A DNA stretch of 63,519 nt, filler included, from Octopus bimaculoides (taxonomy: Eukaryota): the NCBI RefSeq assembly GCF_001194135.2. It is 4 parts of 4 records of this genome, joined end to end, with 100 filler letters (N's around TTAATTAATTAA, not from the genome) between each part and the next. Parts side by side here need not be neighbours in the genome. Positions count along the whole stretch, not along the records: positions 1 to 28,670 come from NC_068981.1; 3 more parts are not named here. The stretch is one strand, 5' to 3'. The notes beneath the pieces were generated by a model. The model ran no database searches and was not told the origin of the DNA. It saw nothing but the letters and a program-made list of their open reading frames with translations. Made by a program: the position numbers and the translations under genes. Positions 1 to 12,683 of this stretch are shown one piece after another (position 1 is the stretch's first letter; each line of letters begins with the position of its first letter).

Positions 1-36
<36 letters not shown>

Positions 37-829
37 CACATACATATACGTATTTCATGTTATGCTAAGAAGTGATGCACAATTTTCAACTCCAGAATTT
101 TCAACTGGAGACAAATATAACAAACTACTAAAAATCTTTGTTAGAGTTTCTGTGTTAGTGGAGTCAGGTTTGTATTGGCATCAAGTCTTATAAGTTGCAA
201 TAAAAAGTCAAACCAAATAGTGATATTTTGGAATGTTTTAATGGAGGAAGGTTTGCATAATGGATGCATTTCCTATTCCATATTATACAAGCCTGAAACA
301 TGTATTAAATGAATCCAAAATATTGCTATTTGGTTTGACTTCATTATTACTACTACTGCTACTACTATATATATATATAACAAAGTAAAGTTGTAAGATA
401 CAGCACGAGTGGAAATATATATGAAAGAAGGTTTGAAAATGCAATTTTAAAGATGTTTATTCACTTGACCGGTTTCACTTTTTTAGAAAAAGATTGTCAA
501 AAGTAAAATGTAGAGCTTTGTATGAGCTTTGTTGTGTTAAGTACTGGTTGTCACAAAAGTATCAAAATACATATATACATTCTTTGATAATATTAAGAAA
601 ATGTTAAAAACAGTTTTCAAGAAAGTATTTGAGAAAGTAATCAGAATGGGACTCCAAAAAGTAGAGGTCAATAAAAATCATGTTTATTTTGTAGTATATA
701 TATATATATATATATAAATATATATATATATACATACACAGAAGGAGACATATTTAAGAATTTACAAAAATATATATACTACCAAATATACATGATTTTT
801 ATTGGACTCTACTTTTTGGAGTCCTGTTC

Positions 830-900
830 CACACAGGAATCAAACTCATTACTTCATGATTGTAAGCCCGGTGCTCTAACCACTGAGCCATGCCCCTTCA
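830..900 (-). mobile_element. tRNA-derived SINE head (family D here), truncated
   Basis: Minus strand GGCATGGCTCAGTGGTTAGAGC (A box) ... GAGTTTGATTCC (B-box-like); same head as the copy at 15885. Confidence 0.7.
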
Positions 901-1149
901 CACACACACACACACACACACATACACACACACACACACTCATACACTCACACACACAATATAAAAGATTAGGTATTTGAAATCCAGGCAGACGCCTTAG
1001 GAGCACTCTGATGAAATCCAGATACAGCTAACCACATTGCATGATGGGAAGCATTTAGGATCATTTAAGATAAACAATCAAACCATATTCCTTTCAGTTG
1101 GTAGATCTAGAGTTCACTTCAATGGATTTTATGTAGAATACAGAGTATA

Positions 1150-1490
1150 TAATGAAGAATGGAGAATTATATACATCTTCAAAATTTATTTATTAAAGCA
1201 TTGCTCTTCCTATTATATTCTGACACATGTTTCTGTTGGACACGTATCTTGGTGTCTCTTGATACAATAGCTTTGTATATTTAGTTGATGTATATTCAAT
1301 CAAGTGCAGTACTTGTTCAAATCTGAAAGTATACAATCCTATACAGCTTTATTCGAGGTGCATAAAACTATTATGTCAAAGGATACTAAGATATTTATCC
1401 CAGCAGAAACATGTGTTGAAATGTAATATGGAGAAAATGCTTTAATAAAGATAAGTTTTGAAGATGTATAATTCTCCATTCTTCATTATG
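1150..1490. repeat. Imperfect long inverted repeat (~135-bp arms)
   Basis: TAATGAAGAATGGAGAATTAT...ACACATGTTTCTG (1150-1235) is the reverse complement of CAGAAACATGTGT...ATAATTCTCCATTCTTCATTA (1403-1488); similarity continues inward with mostly transition mismatches. Confidence 0.85.
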
Positions 1491-1736
1491 ATGTCTTGAT
1501 TATGTATATTTATATAAGTGTGCGTGTTGTGTAATTGGAATTAATAGTTCTTCTGACCATCTTTCCTTTACACAGCGAATACATAGAAGCCAAACCAGGC
1601 TCTCAGTGTTTATCTGCAGAAATCTGTTTGGAGCCAAACTGAAATATCACAGTTTTTTTCAACGAATGAAATTATTTGCCATTATTTACTCCTTAAGTGG
1701 CCAGCATCCTCACATGGTCATGTATACATACATACA

Positions 1737-1806
<70 letters not shown>

Positions 1807-2336
1807 CACATACACCACAAATACAGCCAGCTACAAACAGGCGCACAAAGGACTTTATCATTACATTGATCAAAAACAGCATCAAATAACACAATATTGA
1901 TAACATTGTTGTTCTCACTATTACTATCATAATATTCATTACATTTTCATAATATAATGTCTCACAATTTCACTGATAAATTTTGATTTCTTGGCTTCAA
2001 ATAGATAATTTTGTCTCTTCAGTCTATCTTTTTTCACTTTTATTTGCTAGACACAGAGACAGCTACATAGATAGTATTTAACAACATTCACACAATACAC
2101 ACAACTACCTACAAACAAGACAAACACGTCCGTATGCAATGTATAACAAATATATATGTATGCAAACATAACAACTCACATTCATGAAATGAGCCAATGA
2201 TGGAATCTCTGAGGGGTTGCTTGGTTTAATAGAAATAGTAGCCAAATCTTCCTCAAAACACATCCTACTGCCTTATGTATATGTATATGAATGCACTAAA
2301 TATCATCTTTACATATAATATATATATATATATGTA

Positions 2337-3625
2337 TTGGGTCATCCCATAAATAACGTGGTTTTTTTATACTTCTTTTACTTTTCAAAATTAAGATAAA
2401 CAAAGTTCTTTTTTAATCTAAAACATACTCTCCTTCATTTTCAACAATACTCTTCCATCTATCTGGTAGACTTACAAGGCCCCCTCTTCCAAAATTCACT
2501 TGTATGTGATGAAAAAAATTCCTCCAATACTGTTCTGAGCTCATCTACAGAATTCATATTTTTTCCATCCAAATGATTTTGAAGACTGCAGAATAAATGA
2601 TAATCAGATTGGGCAATGTTCAGTGAATATGGTAGGTGGGGCATCGTTTCCCATTCAAACTGCTCCAGCCTTTGGAATGTTATCCTCGCTGTATGTGGCC
2701 GAGCATTATCCTGATGGAAGAACACCTTTCGTCTTGAAACCAAAGACAGTCGTTTTTCTTCTACCGCGGACTTAAGCTGCTCAAGCTGCTTGCAGTGGAT
2801 CTCATTTTTTATCATTTAGTTTGGGTTTAAAAGTTTAAAGTGGACTAAACCTTTCATATCCCACCAAACAGATAACAACACTTTACGTAGGTGAAGACCT
2901 TCTTTAGCCAGGGGTGCTGGTGTTTCTCCTTTCCCTACCCACTGTCTTTGGCACTTGACATTTTTATAGAGAACTCATTTCTTGTCACCAGTCACTATTT
3001 GGTCCAAAAAAGGTTTATTCATGAGATGTGACAGCACAGAAGAGTACACATTCACTCTCTGCACACAATTAGACTCAGAAAGTTTGTGAGGAACCCATTG
3101 ACCCAATTTGCTGAATTTTCCGATGGCATCCAGGTGTCGATGAATGATTGAATGACCAAATCCAAGCTTCTCTGCTAGTTCCTCAACAGTCATGATGGGA
3201 TTTTGTTTCACCAGGGTTTGCAGGATGTCCTCATCAAGCTCTACAGATCTTCCAGGACAAGGCTTGTCTTCTAGGCTGTAGTTTCCGGCTCAGAATTTCT
3301 GGAACCACCATTGACACTGGCTTACGGATATTGTCCAATCCCCATGTATTGCATTAATATTCCTCATACTCTCTATTATGTTGTTGCTTTATTGAACTCG
3401 TAAAGCAAAATATGCTGAATATTCTCCTTTGTCACTTCTATTAAAACTTTGAAAAAAATAACTGTTAAAATCGAACTGCACTCTTCAAAACTTGCTCTAA
3501 CAATAAATACAAAGTAAAATTACTACCTGCTTTTATAGCAAGTTGATGCAGGTAGTTTATCTCATCCTCCTCCAACTTTTAGTTCATGCAATTGAAAAAA
3601 CCATATTGTTTATGGGATGACCCAA
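2337..3625 (-). mobile_element. Full-length (1289 bp) inactive mariner DNA transposon (DD34D, SETMAR/Mos1-like)
   Basis: TIRs TTGGGTCATCCCATAAA / TTTATGGGATGACCCAA, TA on both flanks; peptide fragments GQWVPHKL, IVTGD, FFHQDNARPHTA, PYSLNIAQSDYHLF; stops and frameshifts. Confidence 0.95.
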
Positions 3626-4281
3626 TATATGAAACAAATATTATAAAGAAACAGTATGTTTATATGCCTGAAATAAACATATGTAAACTGCAATAAAGAC
3701 CAATGCATTGCAACACGGCTAAAATATATTTAAAAAATATATGGATGTGTGTGTGCGTGTGCTTGTGCATGTGCGTGTGTGTGTGTGTGTGTGTGTGTAC
3801 GTGTGTGTAGTATGTAAGGGTAGGTAAAAAGTTTCAAACTGCACTCAGTGCCAAGGAAAGAGATTTGTTTATAGTTTATTGCAACCAGAAGAAATATTTA
3901 AATTTTCCATTTTCATTTCATTAGACTAGATATGAAGCCTGATGATTGGGAATGTGAAATTTGAATAACTAGATGTGAGGTGCCAGCTGTAATTACTACA
4001 CACACACACACACACAGATAGACAGATATAGATACATTGCTTAGTGTTGAACCAATGAGAAAGGACAGACTGCTTGGTACAGCAGAATAAAGGGGTTTTT
4101 TTTTTTTTTGAAACTGAAGTTTCAGCTTCAGCTTTAATAAAATATTATATTTCGTTTTTGTCTTTGGTTTGCAAGATTCTTTATGTGAATTCGTGTATTG
4201 AAGCATATTTTATTCTGTCTGGGAAGAGTTATTCATATATGCAATAACAGGCATACATGGATGAAACAAACATTTACATAA

Positions 4282-4703
4282 CCCTTTAGCATTCAGATTA
4301 CTCTGTCAAATGTAATGCTTATTTATTCACATTGTTTTGGATTCATTAGGCATTGTCTCATTGCTTTAAGATTCTGATGATGCGATTGTTTACTTTTAGA
4401 AAGACATTATAGGGTATGTGTGAGAAGCTGGATCTGGCCAGTTTGAACATAAAATAGGTAGAACATTTCAACCAGATATGGTCAGTTTAAATGCATTCAC
4501 ATTATTTTTGTCAAAAATAATGCTTGTTTAATCACATTGTTTTAAATTAATCATGCTTTATCTTGTAGCTTTGAGATTTTGATATGATTGTATATTTTTA
4601 GAATGACATTGTAGGGTAGGTGTGACAGGCCAGACCTGGCCAGTTTGGACATAAAACAGGTTGAATATTTTGGTTGGATATGGCCAGTTTAAATGCTAAA
4701 GGG
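4282..4703. mobile_element. piggyBac-type MITE with internal tandem duplication
   Basis: Ends CCCTTTAGCATT ... AATGCTAAAGGG, flanked by ATAA/TTAA (TTAA target); two ~210-bp internal units; no ORF. Confidence 0.75.
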
Positions 4704-5121
4704 TTAAAGCTACTTTTTATCCCTACCTATGGTCAATATGTGTAAGGCCTGCTTGCATCTGCACATGTATGTGCAGGTCTGGGCAAAACATTTCGAGAAA
4801 GACTAGCAGTTTCCCATGCATGCAAGAATCCCCTCTCCATGCCACCAATGTTTATCCAAGGAAAAAAGCTGTTGATTTGAATCAACACAGCTTGGCATCA
4901 TTGTCATTACAGGTGTTACTATCAGAATATAAATAGCTACTACAAACACTTGTTCTTTGAGGATCCTGCTAGACCCTCTTATAGTTCTGCCAATCTATGA
5001 GCCTGGATTAGTACCTTTTTTATCAACTTGGAAAGATGAAGCACAAAGAAGAGATCAGTGGGATTAGAACACAGAACACAGAACACAGAAAATCAGAAAA
5101 AATATCATGAGGGATGACATC

Positions 5122-5153
<32 letters not shown>

Positions 5154-5449
5154 CACCACCACCACCNNNNNNNNNNNNNNNNNNNNNNNNNNNNNNNNNN
5201 NNNNNNNNNNNNNNNNNNNNNNNNNNNNNNNNNNNNNNNNNNNNNNNNNNNNNNNNNNNNNNNNNNNNNNNNNNNNNNNNNNNNNNNNNNNNNNNNNNNN
5301 NNNNNNNNNNNNNNNNNNNNNNNNNNNNNNNNNNNNNNNNNNNNNNNNNNNNNNNNNNNNNNNNNNNNNNNNNNNNNNNNNNNNNNNNNNNNNNNNNNNN
5401 NNNNNNGCCAAATGTGTTTTTCACAGAAGTGTTGCTCAATGCGTATACT

Positions 5450-5470
5450 GTCAAGACAAGAGCGCACACA

Positions 5471-5514
<44 letters not shown>

Positions 5515-5947
5515 TACATGTATGATGGACTTCTTTCAGTTTCTTATTTCTTTACTGCCCACAAGGGGCTAAACATAGAGGGGACAAAGTAGGACAGACA
5601 AAGTAGGACAGACAAAGGGATTAAGTCGATTACAACGACTCCAGTGTGGAACTGGTACTTAATTTCTCGACCCCGAAAGGATGAAAGGCAAAGTCGACTT
5701 CGGCGGAATTTGATCTCAAAACATAGCGGCAGACAAAATACTGCTAAGCATTTCGCCCGGCGTGCTAACGTTTCTGCCAGCTCGCCGCCTTCTTTCATTT
5801 CCTGTCTACCAACTCCACTCACAAAGCTTTGTTAAGCCCATGACTATATTAAAAGGCACTTGCCCAACATGCTGTGCAGTGGGACTGAACCTAAGACCAC
5901 ATGGGTTGGAAGCAAGCTTTTTAACTACACAGCCATACCTGCACCTA
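5450..5947 (-). mobile_element. tRNA-derived SINE (family B), interrupted by a family A SINE
   Basis: Head AGGTGCAGGTATGGCTGTGTAGTT...GGTTCAGTCCCACTGCAC on minus strand; body ATGATGGACTTCTTTCAGTTTC and (CA)n match the copies at 24905 and 62520. Confidence 0.8.
5544..5788 (-). mobile_element. tRNA-derived SINE (family A), nested, with ~13-14 bp TSD
   Basis: Minus strand GGCGGCGAGCTGGCAGAAACGTTAGCACGCCGGGCGAAATGCTTAGC...GTAAAGAAATAA; flanked by CTTCTTTCAGTTTC (5530-5543) and CTTCTTTCATTTC (5789-5801). Confidence 0.9.
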
Positions 5948-6664
5948 ATGACTCTGCCAATTCGTCATTAGTAGTGGCTAAAATCTGATTAGTATTTTAC
6001 ACTATAGTCATATGTAGCTGTTATTTCTTACAGAAGTTGGATGGGTTTTTTTCCTATTTTGTTTGTTTTTTATAAATAGATTCATCAGACTTATTTGCTG
6101 ACAGAAGCTGAATACAGCTAATGATGAACATAGCTTGAAGTAGATTCAGGTAGAAAAATGTAAAGGAAAGTCTGGCAAAACAGAAGACAATATCTCTAAC
6201 CAAATTATTGCTGCATCAATAGAACTGTTAGGTCAATAAACTGAAATAATTCGAAAAGTCAGTTTGAGCAAAAACAAAAAAGCAAAAGCCTGATTGTTGA
6301 GAAGAATATTAATTCAGTTTTGATATAATTCAGAATATTGTTTCAGCAGGTTTCACAAATTTATTTGTTAGCTAGAGACCTAAGATAGACAACTATATTA
6401 TCATCATAAGTTTTGATGCTTTAGAAGATGATTTTGTATTTTCATTTGAATTNNNNNNNNNNAATTTTTTTTTTTTATTCAGTTTTCTTTAAACATTTCT
6501 TCTTCTGCTTCTACAATCATAACCTCTTCTACCCAGTCTGTTAGTCACATTGCCCCACGCAAACAGAAGCAATAAAGAACGATAAGAGGGTCCTTTTTGT
6601 TCTACAAAAGTACAAGAAAATGGCACTTGTACTGGTGGCATAATAAAATGCATGCAGTACAGGC

Positions 6665-6741
6665 TATAAAATCATTGACGGTCAACCCCTGGATAAATTT
6701 TGGATAGATTTATCCAGGGGTTGACCGTCAATGATTTTATA
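6665..6741. repeat. Perfect 34-bp inverted repeat with 9-nt loop
   Basis: TATAAAATCATTGACGGTCAACCCCTGGATAAAT-tttggatag-ATTTATCCAGGGGTTGACCGTCAATGATTTTATA. Confidence 0.95.
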
Positions 6742-6789
6742 AATTTTGGATAAATTTTGTCAGATGGATAATGTAGGCAACACCTATGT

Positions 6790-7470
6790 TAGATAATGTT
6801 CAGTCTTTTGCCTTGCACAAAACATGGACTGGATGAAATGGTTAAAGGTACCAGAAAACTGACAATAAACAAAGGGTTACATCTGCAGAGCAGTGTCGAT
6901 AGACTAGATATACAACGAAAAGAGAGAAGAAGGAAGCCATTAAATATAACAGATATAATATACTTGACAATTTTAGAGCGAGAAAAGTACGTTGGGAAAA
7001 AGGGAAGATTAAGCTTGCATGTACAACCTGGAAGATCAATGGTGAATTATATAGAAGCAGATAAAGATTGCAACAACAATAACAACAAAAAAGAGAGTGA
7101 GAGAGGATGAAAACTGGAAAGTGAATGGGTTGTATATGCAGTTTGGGAGTCAAATAGAAGATACAAGAGAATAATGGTAGGGTTGGCTAGAAGGTGGAGT
7201 ACTAAAGAGGAAAATAAAAACCTTCATTACAGCTGTGTATGAACAATCTTTTAGAACAAACCTTCCTAAATAAAAATGGACAGAGGCCAACAAAATGGCA
7301 AATGTTGGATGTGTAACTATTTTGATACAGCATATGGATGTAATGAGATGTCACATAAAGGATAGAAAAGAAAACACTAGAGAATACAGGGAATATATAT
7401 ACTCTGGAAACTTGGGAGGTAGATGAAAATGGTATGGCGATCAACCACAATCTGTTACACAAAATGTTTG
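6790..7470 (+). mobile_element. Degenerate Dong/R4-type non-LTR retrotransposon fragment
   Basis: TRKLTINKGLHLQSSVDRLDIQRKE parallels TRKLLTRYGTLHPKSDTGRLYVPRK of the copy at 9382; downstream remnants AVYEQSFRTN and KCWMC. Confidence 0.65.
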
Positions 7471-7924
7471 ATAATAGTTAGATTTTGTGATATTTTCCCC
7501 ATAAATTGGTGACCATGTAATAGACATATACGATCCTCATCAATTCATCATCATCATTTTACATCTGTTTTCCATGTTGACATGGGTTGGATGAGTCATC
7601 ATAACCCAAGTCAGTTTTGAAGTTATTTTCCTCCGAGACTTGGTTAGGAGACTCTTCTCACCTGTACATTTTCTATCAGCTTGGTTTCCACACATGATTG
7701 CTCTTCCTAGCAGCAACTATTCTATGCCATGTATTGGGTGCATTTTATTATGGGACCAGTACTAGAGAGGCTGTCATATCCTTGACAAAATTAAAGGGTC
7801 TTAACCCTACAATTCCTCTGCTCATTTGCCATCCCCTTTATAGAATGTATTGGATATTGTTTTATCATGGCAGTAGCCCTAGTGAGGTTGCCTTGTAACC
7901 TGCCAAATGAAAGGAATCCTCAAT

Positions 7925-7970
<46 letters not shown>

Positions 7971-8349
7971 CATTCAAGGTAGTGTAACAAACATCGAATA
8001 GGAGAGAGGGTGAGGGTACATATAAGAGAATGCAAAAACTTGACCCAGATGGGATTTGTTGTGGAATAGTGCCAGAACAAATACTACAAGGCATTTAATC
8101 CAACTCTCTAATGACTACCAATTTGATGCTGTAGTAGAAAAATAAATCAAAATATGCAAAATCATAGATTTTCAAATGCTGTATGATAGCAGTTACAATC
8201 AAAGAAGTGAAACAACTAATGGAAAAGGAATTGGACTCATTGACTTGCCTTTGAACTGTGAAAATTCTAGGATTGCAAATAAAAATCATAAATAAAAACT
8301 ATAAGAGCTATGGGAGCAATGCCAAAATGTCTGTTCGTTAAAATAAGAA

Positions 8350-8866
8350 GCAATGGAATTCCGCTTGCGAAGACCTGTTGAGGCAAGTGAAATCGAAACC
8401 GGACTAAATTCGACGACTGGCACCCATGCCAATGTCATCTCCTTCATTGGACACGAAACTCAGCTTGCAAAGTCTTATTGGGGCAAGCAAAAGTGAAATC
8501 AGGATGGCACCTGTGCCCATCATCGCCTTTCTGGTACTTGTGCCCATGGCATGTGTAATGGACTTTCGAGCGAGATCGTTGCCAGTGCCCCTGGACTGGC
8601 TCTTGTGCGGGTGGCACATAAAATACACCATTTGAGCGTGGCCATTGCTAGTACCGCCTGACTGGCCTCGTGCGGGTGGCACGTAAAAGCACCCACTACA
8701 CTCTCAGAGTGGTTGGCGTTAGGAAGGGCATCCGGCTGTAGAAACTCTGCCAAATCAGATTGGAGCCTGGTGTTGCCATCCGGTTTCACCAGTCCTCAGT
8801 CAAATCGTCCAACCCATGCTAGCATGGAAAGCGGACGTTAAATGATGATGATGATGATGATGATGA
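8350..8866 (+). mobile_element. Non-autonomous retroposon (family C; RTE-like 3' end, internal ~65-bp repeats)
   Basis: GGCACGTAAAAGCACCCACTACACTCTC...AGGAAGGGCATCC...CCAACCCATGCTAGCATGGAAAGCGGACGTTAAA plus (GAT)n tail; multiple copies in the window. Confidence 0.85.
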
Positions 8867-9155
8867 GTTGCAGAATACTGTCATTCTGAATTCTGAAAAA
8901 GAATCTTTACATGGTATTTGAGATTTGAGGAAAAAAACATCAGCTAAATTTCAAGATATAACCGATCTGAACAACATTGCAGACAGCAATGATAATAATA
9001 ATAATAATGGTTTCAAATTTTGCCACAAGGGCAGCAATTTTCGAGGAGAAGATGAGACAATTACATCGAACCCCACCACCCAACAGTGATCAACTGGTAC
9101 TTATTTTATTGACCCCAAAAGGATGAAGGGTAAAGTTGGCCCCGGTGCAATTTGA

Positions 9156-9172
9156 ACAACAATAAAAATAAT

Positions 9173-9258
<86 letters not shown>

Positions 9259-9381
9259 TAATAATAACATTAATAATAATAACGACAACAATAATAATAA
9301 TAATAACAACAACAACAATAATAATAATAATAATAACAACAACAATAATAATAACAATAATAATAACAATAATAATAATAA
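9156..9381. repeat. (AAT/AAC)n microsatellite
   Basis: Direct observation; source of the poly-N/poly-L ORFs. Confidence 0.95.
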
Positions 9382-10548
9382 ATGGATAAATTGATGGAGA
9401 AAGAAATGACAGAAAAATTTAAGGTGGAGTACTTTCACAGACTGAGACTGATCCTCAAGTCGAAATTAAATGGACGGAATAAGATCAAAGCTATCAACAC
9501 CTGGGCAGTTTCACTCCTTAGATATGGAGCAGGGGTAATTGCATGGACAGTAGACGAACTAAACAGCTTAGACAGAAAGACAAGGAAGTTGCTAACTAGA
9601 TATGGGACACTCCACCCAAAAAGTGACACAGGAAGACTGTATGTACCAAGAAAAACAGTGGAAGAGGACTTATTGGATGTGAACACAGCATTAGAGCAGA
9701 AGAAAACAACATAGCATGGTATGTAAAAAAATGCCACAGAACCACTATTATTTGAAGAAGGAAGGTCAGGCTTGTGTAGGATGGAAGATTGCAAAGATAA
9801 AGCACTATACAGGAAATTGAAAATGAATGAAACTGAAAATAAGTGGGTAAAGAAAAGAATGCATGGTCAATTTCATAGGGATGTTGAAGATAAGACAGAC
9901 AGAGAAAAAAGATGGCTGTAGATGACTAAAAGGGATTTAAAACTGGAAACAGAGGCTCTAATCTGTGCTGCCCAAGAGCATGCACTAAGAACAAACTACA
10001 TAAAATACAGAATAGACAACACAGCAGAAAGTGATAAGTGCAGAATCTGTGGACAAAATGGTGAAACCGTATGGCATATTACCAGCCAATGTACGCCACT
10101 AGCCCAGAAGCAATATAAGAGATGCCACGACAATATAGCCAGTCTTGTCCATTGGACACTTTGCAACAAGTATGGACTTGACAGAGCAAAAAATTGGTAC
10201 GACCACAAACCTGAAGGCATCATCGAAAATAGAAATGCAAAGATCCTATGGGATTTTATGATTCAGTGCAAGCATGAGATAGAGAATAGGAAGCCAGACA
10301 TTGTCTTAACTGAGAAAGAAAACAAACTATGTTGGATCGTAGATATAGCATGCCCAGCTGACAACAAGGTATGCAATAAGGAAGAAAGAAAAGTGGAGAG
10401 ATATGACAGGTTAGCTTGGGAGGTAAAGCAGTTGTGGTCGATGAAAAAGGTAGCAGTAGTACCAATAATTGTCGGATCCCTGGAAACAGTGAGTAAAAAT
10501 CTTGAGAAGGACGTGGAACAAATAGGGGCTGCAATAAGGGTGGAGCAC
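9382..10548 (+). mobile_element. Dong/R4-type non-LTR retrotransposon, 5'-truncated: RT thumb, CCHC knuckle, restriction-like endonuclease
   Basis: KIKAINTWAVSLLRYGAG; CRICGQNGETVWHITSQC; KRCHDNIA (RHD); RKPDIV; IVDIACP; ERKVERY; VVPIIVG; frameshifts; 3' end lost in (CT)n. Confidence 0.9.
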
Positions 10549-10670
10549 TCTCTCTCACCCTCTACCTCTCTTTCTCTCTCTCTATCTCCTTCTCTCTCTC
10601 ACACCCTCTCCCTCTCTTTCTCTCTCTCTCACACAACCTCTGCCTCTCTTTCTCTCTCTCTCACCCTCTC

Positions 10671-10736
<66 letters not shown>

Positions 10737-10750
10737 TCCTTCTCTCCCAT
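10549..10750. repeat. (CT)n microsatellite
   Basis: Direct observation; gives the false SLSLSL tail of ORF 9922-10767. Confidence 0.9.
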
Positions 10751-12652
10751 CACCACTTGATAACTAGTGCGGGTGTGCTTCTGTCCCCATAGCTTTGTGG
10801 TTCAGGAAAAGAGACAAATAGTATAAGTGTCAGGTTCAGGTCATTCAACTAAAGTTCTTCAAGGAAGTGCTCCAGCATGGCCACAGTCTAATGAGTGAAG
10901 AAAGAGAGAGAGAGAAAAAAGATAGAAGGAAAGAGAGGCACACAAACATACATACGCACACACACACCCAAACACACACATACATACATACATACATACA
11001 TACATACATACATACATACATACATACATACACACATACATACATATCTCTTTCCAGGGCTTATACAAGTAATGTGTGTCAGATATAAGTGGCAGATAGA
11101 GAAAATTCTAAATAAAGACAGAAATTAACTGCAAAGGATCCTGCTTGATAGCCAATGAGCAGTCACAAACCAATAATGGCAGCATTCACTGGGGTACAGT
11201 GACCCAACAGACAGCACTGTCGGATCTATAAAAAGATGTAGAAACACTATGATAATGCTGTGACAAGGTGAATGAAGATTTCCTTCAAAGAAATCTTGCT
11301 TCCATCCAGGTTAGATAGAGGCAGCACTTTCCCTCCAGCTGTCATGTTTTGATCTTCCACTTGATCAAAGGTGCAAGAGTTAAGAGGATGTTTGTGCTTT
11401 CTTGGGAATATTTGGACGCTTAAAACAGGAGCAAAGGCATGGTGCATAAAAAGAAATATCTTTTCAGCTACCGAGTCATGCTCCCTTGCAAAGTGTATAC
11501 AGTGTAAATACAGAGAGCAATTATGAAGAAAGACAACACAGGAGGGACAAGGTTTGACAGATATGGTATTAGCTTAATGCTTTAATGGAATGAGAAAAGT
11601 GTCTTAATGTTTTGAACGTTGGTCATTCATCAGAAGAAAGAGAGAAGCAAAGAGGGTGTAAGAAAAAGGAAAAGTTAGTCAGAGAGGAAGAGAGAGAAAG
11701 AAGAAAATGGTATATATTAGCGATAGAAGCAGTATTAATACAGAGAAATAATACTTATCCCCACTTAAACATGGATGTTCTATTAGAACAAACTATACTG
11801 TGGTAGATACCATGAGAGAAATTCTCATATTGGTTTTTGATGCAAAATACACTCTTGTTTATATTGCCAGTAGGGAGATAAATTCCCACCATCTCCAGTG
11901 CTGAGACCACCAGATCACACGATTTCAACCTTCTTTGCTCTTGTCAATGATGGACGCTCAACCACTAGAGATAGCAGCTACTCATCTCCCTGCCAGCGAT
12001 ATATATAGAACAACAGTGTCAGAACAGGTGCTAGTGTCATGATTAGCCAGTAAGCTTGTTCAAAAGTATATATTAGCAACAGAGGCAAACTATACTGCAG
12101 TAGATACTGTTGTATCGACGCCCCCAGGCGAAGAAGTAGGATCTCCCAAGACAAATAAATAGAGATAGTCTGGCTGTGGTAGGAGTGTTGAGTAGCAGTC
12201 AAGTAGCAGTAGTGTAGCGGTTGAGTAGAGATCATCCGAAGGTGCTAGATAGCAGTACCTTGAGACATAACAGATACCATNNNNNNNNNNNNNNNNNNNN
12301 NNNNNNNNNNNNNNNNNNNNNNNNNNNNNNNNNNNNNNNNNNNNNNNNNNNNNNNNNNNNNNNNNNNNNNNNNNNNNNNNNNNNNNNNNNNNNNNNNNNN
12401 NNNNNNNNNNNNNNNNNNNNNNNNNNNNNNNNNNNNNNNNNNNNNNNNNNNNNNNNNNNNNNNNNNNNNNNNNNNNNNNNNNNNNNNNNNNNNNNNNNNN
12501 NNNNNNNNNNNNNNNNNNNNNNNNNNNNNNNNNNNNNNNNNNNNNNNNNNNNNNNNNNNNNNNNNNNNNNNNNNNNNNNNNNNNNNNNNNNCTGGAAAAT
12601 CTGCCTCAATGAATCTTATCTGCCCCATGCAAGCATGGAAAATGATGATGAT

Positions 12653-12683
<31 letters not shown>

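Noticed and set aside
1576-1720. Open frame after ctttacacag (RIHRSQTRLSVFICRN...)
   Set aside because: No recognisable homology and no clean donor site
6470-6600. Minus-strand GACTAACAG followed by an R/E-rich stretch, like a terminal exon
   Set aside because: No polypyrimidine tract next to the AG, no partner exons, adjacent to a gap
11100-12280. Possible Gypsy RT remnant and LTR-like segment (TATA at ~12000, AATAAA at ~12153)
   Set aside because: No convincing RT motif, PBS or second LTR
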